Below, in pieces: positions 34,335 through 47,824 of a stretch of 64,000 nt of DNA. Under the pieces are notes generated by a model, which was not told where the DNA came from, did no database searches, and saw only the letters and a list, made by a program, of their open reading frames with translations. Made by a program: the position numbers and the translations under genes. The stretch is taken from assembly GCA_030264375.1 (NCBI GenBank), contig JASCQW010000043.1, positions 82,939,093 through 83,003,092 on the forward strand, read 5' to 3'. How positions within the stretch are numbered: position 1 is the stretch's first letter; each line of letters begins with the position of its first letter. This stretch comes from Carcharhinus longimanus (lineage: Eukaryota).

Positions 34335-37300
34335 AGTGTGTTGGGAGCAAAACTTAAAATGCTGCGATGTACTGACATTTTAGTATTGGACGCACTCATC
34401 TTTTGCTTTTGGAGAAGTACATGTTTTTGTGCAGTCAAGATTGCATTATTATCACAGTCACCTTTACATGTAGAATCTGGGATGAAATTGATTTACACCA
34501 ATAATGAAGAACAAGCTCATCATGGATTAGATCATAGCCTGTTTTTTTTCTGTATCTGATTTTGCTTTCATTCAAAGTCAATCTGTTGCCACCAGTTTTC
34601 TGTCTGGTAGTGAAAGTTAAAATCTACCCGCCTAATCTCCATTTACTCCCTTTATTGTGTTAGCAAGCTAACTGGGAATTAGACATAAACCATTGTGCTC
34701 GCATTTTGTATGGCAATAACAAAGAAGATCAGTTCAGAGTATTTAGAACACCTGCCTGCTGGAGAGTTCAAATAGCTATTTACATTTCTCATATTATTCA
34801 GGCTTGGAAACTAAACCTTAGTGCCTTGTCCACTTTTGTAAACATTTTTAATGTTGGACATTGAATTCATTATATTTTTAGGTAAATTGCTATTAATGCT
34901 CCTTTGATATTGTGCCTTACTATGTCTCATTAATTTCATTTCATCACAGCTGTACACTATAAAATCTGTAGCATATGTTAGTTAATTTTAATAAGTTGTT
35001 AGACTATTTGAATGTGGAACCTAAGCCAGACCTAAAGTGAATATCAGTAACAAAGTAACAAACAATTCAGGAAATGTGACCCTAATACCCTCCTCACTGC
35101 ACTCCTCCCCCCACTTTTGATTCAACATTGTGGCTGAGCACTGCATTTAAGTACAACTTAATTTCTTATTGCTGGTGAGATCACAGTCTTAGTTGCGCTG
35201 GAGTAGCACTACCTCTTGGTACAGTTGGGAGAGTTGTATCACAGATCACTGTTATGTACTGCCAGATAAGTAACTCAAAGAAGCCCAACCATGATGACAC
35301 GGCTATTCTGGGGCTCAGATCATGCTGGCTAGAGATGTTGGAAGGATGAACTCATGTGATGGCATCCTGAGAGTTACCAAAGATTAAATCTGAACTTTGC
35401 ACTGGAACTTTAGTGTGTTAAATCTGTTAGAATCTAAAGACCCTAGTGAATGAATCACATTTTTTGGCAGAATAACTTACAGCTTCCTTTTTTTTGGAAT
35501 TAGATGCATTACTGATAGAAAAGTTGAATTCAGTTCATTTATCCCTTTGAATAACAAGGATTTGAGCAAAGGACACTATAATCCAATACCACTTCATTTT
35601 TGTCAAATGTGTGATTTGGAATCAGCACTGTGGCTCTGTATTAGAAGTAGCTAATAATTAGGGAATCCATTAGCAAATTATATTTTTATGCAGAGGATCT
35701 ACCATAAAAGATCAAAGTTAATGAAATAGGAAAACATTATTTATTTTCTTGTCTTCCCTCCACTAACTGTAATCTTCACAAATGGCTCTCCTTTGTTCTC
35801 AGAATACACAGTGGGCTTAGAGCAGCCCACATCATTTGACAACATCAAGTAAGTAGAACTCCACAGATATTTTATTTAAATAAAAAGCAATAAAGCTTCA
35901 CTTTCAGAACAGGAGGATAAATAAGTGATCAGTGGAAGCAGTGCAAATGTATGCGATGATCTCCACTACTGATTCTAGGACCTCTTACTCAGCAAGACTC
36001 CACACCAGAATCATACCTCACAAAAGTTCACCTTATTGAGTTTGATCTGCTCCATAATTAGTTTTTTAAAAATCCATGTATGTGGCTATTAAAATTCACT
36101 CTGGCTAAGACTTGTTTAGTAGTTTCCTAAATGAGAGGTAGTTCAGCATCTTTCCAACACGTCTTTCATGACATTTAATGTGGTGAGTGTTAATGTATTT
36201 TCCCTTTTGCCAAATCTAAAGGCTGCAGACCTGCATCCATGTCTGTAATTAAAACAAAAGGTTAAAAATGAAGACTAAAAGTGTATTGGGTAGTTTAGCC
36301 TATTGTCGGGTTGGTGGACTTTTTAAATTTTGGTTTGTGCTGATTGCATTTATACAGTGTGAAATCAAGATGGTGTGACTGCTGCTTCTCCAGTAAAGTG
36401 TCACGAGACCCTTAGTGACATAAAAAGTGCTGCATAAACGCAAGCTACATGTTAGCATCAATGCAGAAATGTCAATTAAAACTTGAGTAACCAGCGGCAA
36501 ATCCAGATTTACAAAATAACCCTTTTCACTTGGTCAGGGCAAACAGGGCTTTTTTTTATCTTTGGATATTTGTTAGAAGTGACTGCAGAAAATCTGCCAT
36601 CCACTATGTGTCTTTCCAAATTGAGATATTTCCAGGCAGTTGATAATGTTACCCACTTTACAAAATCACTCAAAGTTAAAATTACCCCTCCAAGACTCAA
36701 AATTCACATGATTTTAAGGGGGGGGGGGTGGAATCCACTGACAGCAAACAATTAATTTTCTTGGTTTGTTTTTTTTAAAACAAAGTGGCATGGTCAAAAT
36801 TGAAAAATAAAGATGAAACTGTCATATGTTTAGTAAAGGATGCTTTTCTAAAAAGTTGGGTGAGTTTTTCTGTGTAAATTAAATCTACATTCTATGTTGC
36901 AACTCCCACACGTTAAGCAGCTGGAGGTAAATGTTGTGCAGCTTGTTTCTGTGTCACCATGCCACTTTGACTACTATACTGATGAGCAATAATGTGCTAA
37001 ATACTAGATAATTGTCAGCGACAACAATATGTGATCTCATAACACCATATCAGGGTCTCCATTAGCTATATAACCTGAGGCAATTGCCAGACCTGGCAGA
37101 CACTAAGCTTTATTTGAAGTGCATTGTTTGGTCAATATTTTTTTTAAGTCTGTATTTCTAGATGTAAGCAGGACTGGTTGATAAAATGGAGCAAGGTGGA
37201 GGTCACTAACCAGTAATTGCCCTTTGCCCTCTACATGATAATTTCCTTTAGTGTCCAATCCACATTAACTGATTCTTGAGTTGTTGGCTTTTACGTGCTT

Positions 37301-38399
37301 ATGGATCAATGTAATTGTTTTGGACAACATCACTGGGAGACTGTCATTAGAAATTAACCAAAGCCAGCTGAAGCATGTAGTTCACATTACAGCAAAAATA
37401 CAAGTAAAATGGATGACATTAATTGCATTTAAGGGGCTGTGTTGGCTTATCAGGCATTTGGGTGGGCACGCAGCGAGTGATCAGAACAAACTGAATGCTT
37501 TTCTTTAGCAAAGTGTGTACAAATGTGTATGTGTACAGTGGGTGGGGGACAGTTAAAATAAAATTACTCCTGAACTGCCTGAAAGTGGATTAGATATATT
37601 AACATCGGCTTGCTGTGTCATTGCACAGACTATATTCTTGTTTTAATTTTTATCCTAATCTATTTTATTTACTTTATGCTGTCATGTCCTCCTGATTGAT
37701 TCCTGCAGTAACATTTCATTATGATGTAGAATTCTAGCCTCCCAGTTACTCTTAGTGGGCGTCAAAGGGCGAGGACTTAAATTTTTCTTTCACTTTGACT
37801 GATGTAAAACAGTTTTATGACAACAATCATAAGAGTTACTGGGGCTTTTCAGATGAATGTTTGTATTAACCACCAGTGTGGGATGACACCTCACCATTAT
37901 TGAATTAATTTGTTTTCCTGCTGCTGTTTAACTGAGTATCAAAATAACTTGTCACAAGAAATGGCTATTATTAGCCACAAAAACTACAGCACAAAACAGC
38001 AGGGCTGTATACCAGATACACAGGGCTGATCTGTAGGGGCATGTGGGTTTGGGAGACATGGTGGGTTTAAAACTGGTGAATCTGACAGCCCATCAAGGAC
38101 CTGATTCCAATCCATTAACTTGCTCATTTGGCTCCAGCACATTGGGCTGCCTGTGCACAACCCCCTTGGGAAAGATTGGTTACCTATTTCCATTTACTAA
38201 TCATTTAATTAGGGTAATATTGACATAGGGCTCACTCTTAACGTTGGATCCAGAGATTTTCTGGCTTCCTGAAAGTGGAAGGCGAATCCACAGCAGCCTT
38301 TTGTGGATTTGAAACAATCTCAGTCCAAGATGTCAAAGGATACCCACTACTCACAGTTAATTTCTTACCTGCCAGTGAGAAAAGGGTTACTTATTTTCA

Positions 38400-39445
38400 G
38401 TGGGAAGTTTCTTTGTGCATTCTTTACAAAAAATTAGAGCTTATGAGATTGGATGCAATATACAAACGAGGACTGAGCATTGGTTAATGGACAGTAAACA
38501 AAAAGTGGGAATAATGAGTCAGTTTCAGTGTAACTCGGAGGGTGCCACAAGGATCACTGGAAGGACTTCAGCTATTGACAATCTTTATTAATGGCGTAGA
38601 TGAAGAAACTGAATGTAATGTACCCATGTTTGCTGTTGATGCAAATGTAGACATGAAAGTAAGCTCTAAGGAGTTGCAAAAAGANNNNNNNNNNNNNNNN
38701 NNNNNNNNNNNNNNNNNNNNNNNNNNNNNNNNNNNNNNNNNNNNNNNNNNNNNNNNNNNNNNNNNNNNNNNNNNNNNNNNNNNNTTGCAAAAAGATACGG
38801 GCAGGTTAATTGAGTGAGCAAGAATGTGGCAGATAGGATATAATGGTGAGAATTGTGAAGTTTTCCACTTTGATAGGAAGATAGAATACTTTTAAATTGA
38901 TCAGAGGCTGGAAATGTTGGTATTCAGAGGAACTTGGATGTCCTTGGCAGAAATTTCCCCTCAAAAAAAACTATTGGGAGAAAACGCTGGACTGTCAGGG
39001 GTGTTCCAGCCAGCAGTTATTCCACACCCAGTCACCTTGGGCGAGTGGTGATTTGTTTGCAGGGATGACATAAACATGCCAGTGAGCCCGGCTGCAGAGC
39101 ACTCGGGCACCGTTTTGCAAGGCTGCCCCGATCTCTCAGCGCACTGGGAGACCCTTTTCCTCCCACACCCCTCCCCAACACGGGTTGCCAGCATTGGGGC
39201 CCTCCCGATCGGTCCCCCTGACTGACCCCAAACGCGGTCCCCTTCATGCTACAACCCCCCCAGCATGGTGCCCCCAGCCTGTTATAGCCCTCACTCAGTA
39301 ATGGATAGATTATCGGATATTAAGGGAATTAAGAGATATGTGGATAATGTGGGAAGGTGGATTTAAAATAGAAGATTAGCCAAAATTTGATTGAATGGCA
39401 GTGCAGGTTGGAAGTGATGAATACCCTATTCCTAACTCACATGAT
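38400..39445 (+). mobile_element. Degenerate CR1 LINE interrupted by a MITE-like insert (~38947-39290)
   Basis: IFING.DEETEC..MFAVDA and LQKDTGRL.EWA..WQ RT motifs; CR1 3' end at 39295-39445. Confidence 0.7.
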
Positions 39446-39448
39446 CTT

Positions 39449-39585
39449 GCTCAGAATTCTTCAGCCGTTCACGCTGGTGGCATTTTCTGGTCTTGCTGCA
39501 GTGAACGGAGTTTTGCCTGAGCACCAAATTCTCTGTCGTCAATTGCAGTGGTGGTGGGGTGGGAATGACCAGAAAATTCTAGCCC
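39449..39585. mobile_element. Harbinger-type MITE
   Basis: Ends GCTCAGAATTCT and GAAAATTCTAGCCC. Confidence 0.5.
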
Positions 39586-40129
39586 TTGTGTGCAATTTAA
39601 AGGTCACTTCCTATGCTTTGGCGGTTTCCTGTATCATTTCAGGATGCTTATATTACCTTAGATGAGGACCAGTAAGAACAGCCACAGAACATATACCTGA
39701 CAGCTGCTAACAGACTTCAGGTTTTGCAGCAGAGAGGTGCAGCTCACAGGAGCACTATTCACATATCAGAGTCTACAGTCAGCCAGTGAGTTTCCTTGAC
39801 ATGTCTAGTGTCTGAGGAGTCTCAGAACATCGTGTAAGATGTCAGACATCTGCTGCATCCTAGAAGATGCACCTGGTGACCTCACATGACCACTGCCTCA
39901 ACTTTTTATGCCTCCTGATCCTTTCAGACTCTTCCCAGATGAATGTAGGATCCTTCAGTCAGTTGCACACAAATTCACAAGACATGACTGATAGCAAATT
40001 TGCCAGGTAGTAATCATGTCATCGTAACCACTGATGATGCGAGGAAGAGTGAATGGGCACTTGGCTTTGTAGCTCTACTTGGACTCCCACAATTGCAAGG
40101 CACCATTGATTGGACAGACGTGGCAAAAC

Positions 40130-40515
40130 AACCATACTTTTTCATCAAGCACAACTCTATCATTGCGCAGCAACCATAAACATATTGCCATGCAAGTGTG
40201 TGCAAGTTTCCTGGGCAGATGAAATGGTGCTGTTGTTCTCCAGAAATCCAAGTTGTCTGATCGATCTCTTCGTTTCTGGAAGTAGATTTAATGGGCAGTT
40301 GCCAAATGTGAAGGAATCATCTGCAAACTTGATTCATGATATGTGCCAGAAATCTAAGACAAAATAGTTGCCACTAGATGTGCAGTTGAACTGGCATTTG
40401 GCATGCTGAAAATGTACTTCCAATGTTTTGACAGATTCGGAGAGGTCCTTCAGTATGTACCAGCCAGGGTCGCCAGAATGCGCACTGCACAACATTGGCA
40501 CAGCAGCAAGGTTCA
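40130..40515 (+). pseudogene. PIF/Harbinger (HARBI1-like) DDE transposase remnant
   Basis: MQVCASFLG near 40190, then ATRCAVELAFGMLKMYFQCFDRFGEVLQYVPARVAR and ALHNIG at 40367-40500, matching the Harbinger pattern TR..IE..FG.LK.RFRCL..GG.LQY.P..V..I...C.LHN. Confidence 0.75.
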
Positions 40516-41999
40516 TTCTGCAAGTAGAACAACTTGAAAAGCTCAAATGCTCCTTCAACAATTTGGGGGTTGGATACTGAGCGCTATGCATTCCTGGCTG
40601 CTCACATTGCTGTGAGGAATACCATGAAGAATGCAAGGTTCACTTAGCTTCCACCATTGCACCAATATTGCTAGCAAGTGCAAAAGCTTCTCTTGCCCAT
40701 TATCCTTCCTCAATGCCACTGACTCAAAGCAGTTCTACAATTTACCAACTTCCCTTCAATATCCCTCCCATTGGTGCCCTTCAACCAATGTTCTCACATT
40801 CATAAACAAGTTACAGGCCACCCACCATCCAGCACACAAGAATGGATAAGACAGATAGGTGGTGAAAAATAACATGCTAAATAAGGAACAAAAACTTAGC
40901 AAACTGGCATTTTCTCAGGCACCCTTCTCCATCCCATTGTGCAACTACATAGCCTTACTCTTCCCTTTTCTGCTAATCTGATGTGACTTTCCTAAGGCTT
41001 CAGCAGTGGTAGAGGCAGGCTGCCCCGATCCCTGCTCTTACTGCTGAGGTGCCTTTGGCTGATGTCCTTTGTATTTTGGAGGTCATTAAAACCCTGCCAA
41101 AGACTACTTCATCTATGCCAATGCAGGAGCAAATCTGGCCATCAGGAGACAAGCCAGCATACAAGGTACTGACTAAATGGTGGGCTGTGGGTGAGAAAAA
41201 AGTGCTTTGAGTAAAATCCCCACTCCCATGTCTTACTTCAACCCTCTCTGCTGCACCTCAGTGCTGTTGTGTGCTGAAGAACACTTTAATGCAGATCAGT
41301 GCTGCTCCACAAGGCCAAGACTAAGGTATCTGGTAACGTATGAAAGGTGGCAGGCATGTTGGTATCCAGGGTCAGTACAGAGCACATCTCAGTCCATTGT
41401 GTCTATGGTCCTCAGAAGAAGATATCACACAGTAACCTGTGACAGCACCTCTTCATACTTGAGATGCACTGTGTAGTTGTGGTTGGTTTACTTTGAAGGC
41501 TTATCAATGCATGGCATGTTATCTGCTGCTCAGCGATTCTCCTTTTCATCGACAGTACAGCATCTATACGCAACAGAGCTTGGAAAGGCTGAATCCTCTG
41601 ACACAGATTCCCCATGCTGACTGTCTTCACCATTTGCTCTTGCTCATTTGTGAAGAGTGTAAAAACCAGCTACTGGATTACTTGCCCCACTGAAGTGTGA
41701 GGATCTGAACTGGTGCACGGTCTGCCTGATTCCTGTGATGATGTATTCTCAGAAAGATTTAGCTTCGCTGAGAATCGTCATCAGTGACCTCCACTATTGC
41801 TGATACACATTTGAAGGGCTGCAGGAGATAAAAGACATGAAATGGTCCCAGTGAGATGTTACAAGTTATTATCAAGATTGTATTTCACTTGCTGTTGAAA
41901 TCAAGTCAATATGAGTGAGTGTCAAATGACATGGACAGCTTTTATTTAAGTGTGTCATTAGCTGGGAACTCCCTGTCTCTTGCCACCAACCCTCTAGGG

Positions 42000-42620
42000 C
42001 TGCCAAAAGTGCTCTGATTTCCAAAATTACCTCCTCTGCACTTGTCAGTCATGAGATGTTTTATAGTCCCATTCCGGGTTGCTCCTTCTCCCTGTTATTC
42101 TGCGATTTCTATTGCAGAGGCATTAAGAAAAAGAGACCTCTGGCCTAATTTAAAGGCATATATTGATCCAGTGAATGATGTGAATTTGGGAAGAATAACT
42201 GAGGAAGAGGCTTGACACTATATTAGGTAGAGAGATGAGTAGAAGTGGTGGATGGGGATAGATGGGGATGTGAGCAAGTACTGATAAAGAGTGGTAAATA
42301 CTGCAAGATAAATGGGGGTGAGGAGTGATGTTCTTCAGTAGGGAAGGCAGAGTGAGAAGTTGAGGTGATGAGCAGAGCAGCATATAGGCAAATGTGTCAC
42401 TATCTACCTACCTATGCCTGAAGTGTACACTTTTCCTGAAGTGTATAGGTCATTAAAGTGCTTAATGCGGAAAATCCATGAGAATCGTAGTATACCCTTG
42501 CTGCTCATCTCCACTGCTAGCTCCAATCATGGTCTCTATTGTAGGCCTTTTCTGGTTAATAGGAAAGATCCGTTTGAGAATCTGCAGCACATCCAAGGAG
42601 GAGTCACTAAGATACAGCTT
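42000..42620 (-). pseudogene. Harbinger Myb/SANT-like accessory gene remnant (two exons)
   Basis: Minus strand LSDSSLDVLQ..IFP..KRP, then *LELAVEMSSKGILRFSWIFRIKHFNDLYTSGK; probable intron at about 42120-42428; then KSQNNREKEQPGMG and LTSAEEVILEI. Confidence 0.6.
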
Positions 42621-42634
42621 TAGCTCGGATAGAT

Positions 42635-42735
42635 TCCATTCTGCCATTAGATTATACGCTAAGTATCCAGAATGGGACTTTAGTCCATAACCTTCTGACC
42701 CAGAGACAAGTATTTCCAATGTGCCAAGGCTGAAA
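42635..42735 (-). mobile_element. DeuSINE-like tRNA head fragment
   Basis: Minus strand TCAGCCTTGGCAC..TCTGGGTCAGAAGGTTATGG..AAGTCCCA. Confidence 0.45.
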
Positions 42736-42799
42736 TCAAACTTGTCCACATTGCCTGGGTATAATGCTTCTGAAGGATGACAAATCAGACTGATATAAA

Positions 42800-43480
42800 G
42801 TTCATAAACTCTAAGAAGTAGGAGCAGGGGTAGGTCATTTGGTCCATAGGGTCAATAGCTCTGCCATTCAATAAGATGATGGCTAATTGGATTGTGGCCT
42901 CATCTCCACTTTCCTGCATGACCATCAAAACCCTCAACTCCCTTGTAGATCAAAAATCTAACTCAATCTTGAATATATTCAGTTACACAGTCTCCTGTGC
43001 TCTCTGTAGAAGATAATTTCAAAAACCAATGACCCTCTCAGAGAAGAAATTCTTTCTCAGCTCAATTGTAAATTTTTAAACTGTGTTCCATAGTTCTAGA
43101 TCCCCCCCATGAGGGGAAAAATCCTCTCAATGTCTACTCTGTCAATGCCCCTTGGAGTCTTACATGTTTCAATAAGATCACCTCTCATTCTACTAAACTT
43201 CAATGAGTGTAGGCCCAACCTGCTGAACTTTTCCTTCTAAGAGAACTGTTCATCCCATGAATCAGAGTTATGTGAACTTTCTCTGAACTCTGTGCTGTGC
43301 AGGTATGATAAGGTGACCAAAACTGTACATAGTACTCTAGGCATGGTCGTACCACTGTCTTGCACAATTGTAGCAATAATTCATTTTTATTTTCCATCCC
43401 TCCTGCAATGAAAGCCACCATTCCGTTTGCCCTCTGAATTGCTTGCTGTATCTGCAAGCTGACCTTTTGTCATATTTTAT
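42800..43480 (-). mobile_element. CR1 LINE 3' portion
   Basis: Minus ORF QQAIQRANGMVAFI..LLQLCKTVVRPCLEYYVQFWSPY. Confidence 0.85.
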
Positions 43481-44274
43481 GAAGTTATATGAGTGATAAA
43501 CTTTCCAATTCTTCATGAAAACTGGAATGCCCCGAGTGTGGTGCCTACATTGCATTGAAACCATCCTTGGCTTCAGCCATGACTATATATTTTTTTAAGT
43601 AGGGGCAATGTTTCTTTTGTGTTCCAATTCTCTTCCCGAACCAAGTGGGAAGACATTTGTCTATTTCTAAAACAGGTCACTGGTCTGTCGCCAGAGACTT
43701 CTTACAGCATGATGGGGACACCACAAATGTGGCTGATTAGGAGGCACGTTGGAAGGATTTGCAGGTTGACACCAGTTGGCCATCGAGCTCTGGCTTAGAG
43801 GCAGGGATGCTACCTTCTGTGCCATAAGACCTCCCTCTTTGGTACTGGTTAGAATGTATCGTCCCAAAATGAAGAATGATCTTCTACTGAATGAACAGAC
43901 ATTTTGTACCATATTTTGGTACATTGCTGTTTCTCTATCTGTTCTATCTAGGAACACAAATGTTGCTTAAATTGAGCATCAAAGGTTCTTTTTGTCTTTA
44001 CAAGCACACAACAAATGTGTAGACCTAATGCCTTTTATATCTTTTATATCGTGGAGTAGCCCTGTAAACTGTTCAGTTCTGTTGGAGAGTCCCTTGACAC
44101 TAATTTACATTGCATGGTAGAATGCAGATAATCAAACATAATAAACTGACACTTACACCAAAGTGCTGTATTGACTGTGGTGATTTAGCTCCATTCAAAG
44201 CATCCTACTACCTGGGCACTTTGCTAATTGCATCATAGATTTCCTCTTAATGAACACAAGCCAAATTAACAGCA

Positions 44275-44310
44275 GAGCATTAATGTACCTGTGAGCATTA
44301 ATGTACCTGT
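44275..44310. repeat. Perfect 18-bp tandem duplication
   Basis: GAGCATTAATGTACCTGT occurs twice in tandem. Confidence 0.9.
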
Positions 44311-46569
44311 GCACTATGGTCATTTGTACGGGCAACACAGCCAGAACCTCATGCATTTAGCTACACAAACATTATTGTTAAATGATTGGCTGCTTGCAAT
44401 TGTTGACAGATTGCAGCCGTATGGGAGACCGAGGATGAAACCAATCAGGAAGTTAATGAGGAGAAAAATTACCACTGTGCCTGCTCCATAATTACATTTA
44501 TGCTGGGCAAGAATAGGAGGTGTGGGTGGATTTGAACTCAGCTGTTATTTGTAAAGGTTAGGCGGGTCAAGAACCTTTCAATTGGTTCATGTATCTTCCG
44601 TGGCTGGTAATCTGATAGGTTATTACAGCTCAGGAATATCGTGGCTTGGCTACTCTCGATTTTAGTGTTTTTATTGTGGCCTTCATGCAGTTATAGGCCA
44701 CACACAAAACGTGGCAACATTTCAAGGCGCTGAGTCAATTTGTGTGTTTGTTTTATTTGACAGTTCCGGTGCTCTTTTAGTTCACGAAATTAAATTATAA
44801 AAAATAACAAGAACCCAGTTGGAATAATTATGGTCAGTAAGTGATAACAATAGACACTTCCTACTGCCTGTTGTTCTGTTAGTCCTTCCCCACTCACCCT
44901 CCCCCCACCTTCACCTTTTGAAAACATGGGGGGAGGAATTCAAACTTGTACCAATTCGCAGTACCAAATGGTTAACACATTGAGAATGTCAGCGAGAGGC
45001 TTGAGCTTGTTTCACTACTGAACCCCAAGTGAATGGGACAGGCGGGCTGTGGATGCCTTTGAGGCATTCTGATGTAGCTTGTTGGTCTGGGCTTCAATAT
45101 TTGCGGCTGGCTCTAATGACGAGTTGGCCCGCAGGTAAGCGTCTGAGTCTGGGCTGCCAAGGCCTTCAGGCAGATTCTTGGGGTGGGGTGGGGTGAGGTG
45201 AGGCGATGTGGAGAGGGCCAAGAACAAGCCAGCAACAATCCACTTGCGCTGTTACTAGGCACCGCAGAAATGCAACTCATTAAAGACTTGCTGGTTATAT
45301 TTAACAACAGTCCGTTTAAGAGGTGCTGGTTAGGATGCATGAACAAGAATGATTAGGCACAGGAGGCATGGCACAGACTTCACCCAATTGTATGCCAGTT
45401 TCATTTGGGGTTGTGCAACCAGTTTTAAGATCTCTATTTGCATATGTAAGGTACATGGCAGTGCTTGAGGTAGATCTGCTCGCACAAATGAAAGTTAGCT
45501 TCACATTTGTCAGCTGGAATAAGTCCATGGTGATCTGGTATGGGAGATGGTAAACCAGAACTCATCCCAGATGGCAGTGAGGCTCAAGAACTGAAGAGTA
45601 GCAGAAATGTGAATGATCTTTTTTGTTGAAATAAGTTTTTGTAATCATTTGTGCGAAAAACATTAATTTGAAGTGGAATGTTGTCAAGTGTCAGACACCC
45701 AGCTCTTGTGTTGCACTGTTGGATGTAGAGTGCTGGTCCCAGTCTGCCTATTGAAACATCATCACCCCACCTCAGAAGAATATAATTTCCCACTCCAGCC
45801 TTTCCTTGACCTGTGAGTGAGAATGCTGGTCCTCTACATAATTATTCACAGTTTTCTGCTGTAGGTGAAGATAGCCAAACCTCATTCACAAAAGGACCAC
45901 TACTACCAAGATTTTTGTTCCAAATGTTGTGCTCGATTTCAGCCAAGTATCTTGTAGAAATGAAAGGACTACCTGGCACACTGTATGTGAATACCCAAAC
46001 ATAAATGAGCAATAGTTTTAGATTCATCTAAAGGTTTGTGCTGATCATATGTTTTCCAAATATTTCCCTAAACCCAATATTTTAGGAGCAGTTTTTTTAA
46101 ATGACAGTGAAGAGTGTTTGTTTTTATTCTTTCTCACTAATGGAATTAAGTCAGCTGCCCTAGTGCTGGTCGTTATCAGTGGAGGTTGTTGTATCATATA
46201 CGTTGAGTATTTTAAATCCAGTCTGTCTGGATCCTAAATGAGTGTGAAGGGATATGGGGACAGGGAGGATGTCAAAATCGTGAGATTTGTCAGTCACCAA
46301 GATTCTGTATTCTGTTTATCAGTTCACTGATGTGATAAGTGTGTCAGCACTGCTACCCTAAATTAAAAATGTTCAGAAATCAAAAGACAGCAGAAGTGGA
46401 CAGAAAATTATTAAGATTTTATTTTGTTTGAATCTTCTGAATAGAGAGCTCCTACATCTGGCCTCACCAGTCTGACCTCCGATCTCACTCTGCAGTCACC
46501 TCTCCTGTGCTGCTCACTGGTGCTAACTACTCAACTAGCAGGGGGCAGCTGTCAATGGTGCAATGGTGA

Positions 46570-47230
46570 TAGAAAGATCATCGAACCCCAGGAAAGTTAT
46601 CTTGCTGAAAGGCCATTCAGCCTATTGTGACTATGCTCGCCAAAAAAGAAACTATCTATTCATTTTAATCCCACTTTCCAGCACCTGGTCTGCAGGTTAC
46701 AGTACTTTAGGTAGTTTTTTAAAATGAGTTGAGCATTTCAGCCTTGACCACCAACTTAAGCAATGAATTCCAGCTGCCCATCATCCTGGGTGAAAAAGTT
46801 TTTTTCTCACGTTTCTTCTAATCCTACAGCTCACCCTTAAATCTGTGCCACTTAATAATTGACCCCTCAAATAGGGGGAAATAGGTCTTTCCTGTCAACC
46901 TTAGCTAGATCCCTCATAATTTCTGACCTCAATTAGGCCTCCTCTGTTCCAAGGAAAACAACTCTTACCTATTCAGTCTCTCCTCTTAGTTGCAATTTTC
47001 AACCCCTGGCAGCATTCTTGTAAATCTCCTCTGTACTCTCTGCAGAGCAATTATGTCCTTTCTGTAATATAGTGAACAGAACTGTACACAAAATTCCAGC
47101 ATTTTATACAGTTCCAATATTACATCCCGACTCTTGTATTCAGTACCTTGTCCAATAAAAAAAGCATTCCATACGCTTTTTTGCCCACCTGTCCTACCCC
47201 CTTCAATGACCTGTGAAATGCACTCCAAGG
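46570..47230 (-). mobile_element. CR1 LINE 3' portion
   Basis: Minus ORF EYKSRDVILELYKMLEFCVQFCS..RKDIIALQRVQRRFTRMLPG. Confidence 0.85.
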
Positions 47231-47824
47231 TGTCTCACAAGAGATTGAAAGATGCAAATGAAATTAAAGGTTGTGAGGCAGGTGAGGAGATGGGCAAGAA
47301 AATGGCAGGGTGATACAGAGGAATGTTATTGCAACATCGTATCACTTTGCCAACTATTCAGATGGTTATGGCATGCGGAAACACGTGCTTGGATCTCCTT
47401 GATCATTAGGGAGAAAAAATATCAAGGGAAATTGCATATCGTGAAGGTCCACTAAAGAACATTTCATTGGAGCAGATTTGTCTCACTGCTGTCTCGGCTA
47501 GGGGATTATACATACTGCCGAGGAGAAGTGCTGTTTTAATGTGCAAAGGGAACCAAATTCACAAGCTGCAATTTATAACAGGGAGGAGGGCAGGGTGGAC
47601 ACAAAATTCAGATGGCTTAAATTGATAGAGAGTTGGACTCCCACCCATCACTGGGGAGGAAGTCCTGCCTTCAGCTGCTGCCAGCCAGTCCGATTGTTTG
47701 GCAGTGCCAAGAGCTCAGTAGTTGGTACAGCCAGAACTACAACTAGTTTCAAGATGAAGGCCCAGTGGATCCTGGAAATAGGTTCAGTCAGGGTATTGGG
47801 CCGGGTGGGTTTGGCCAGTTTGTT

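Noticed and set aside
47326-47346. Near-match to the DM-domain binding site (GCAACATCGTATC) suggesting autoregulation
   Set aside because: Mismatch in the central ACAWTGT core, and it lies beside or within CR1 debris; expected by chance in 64 kb.
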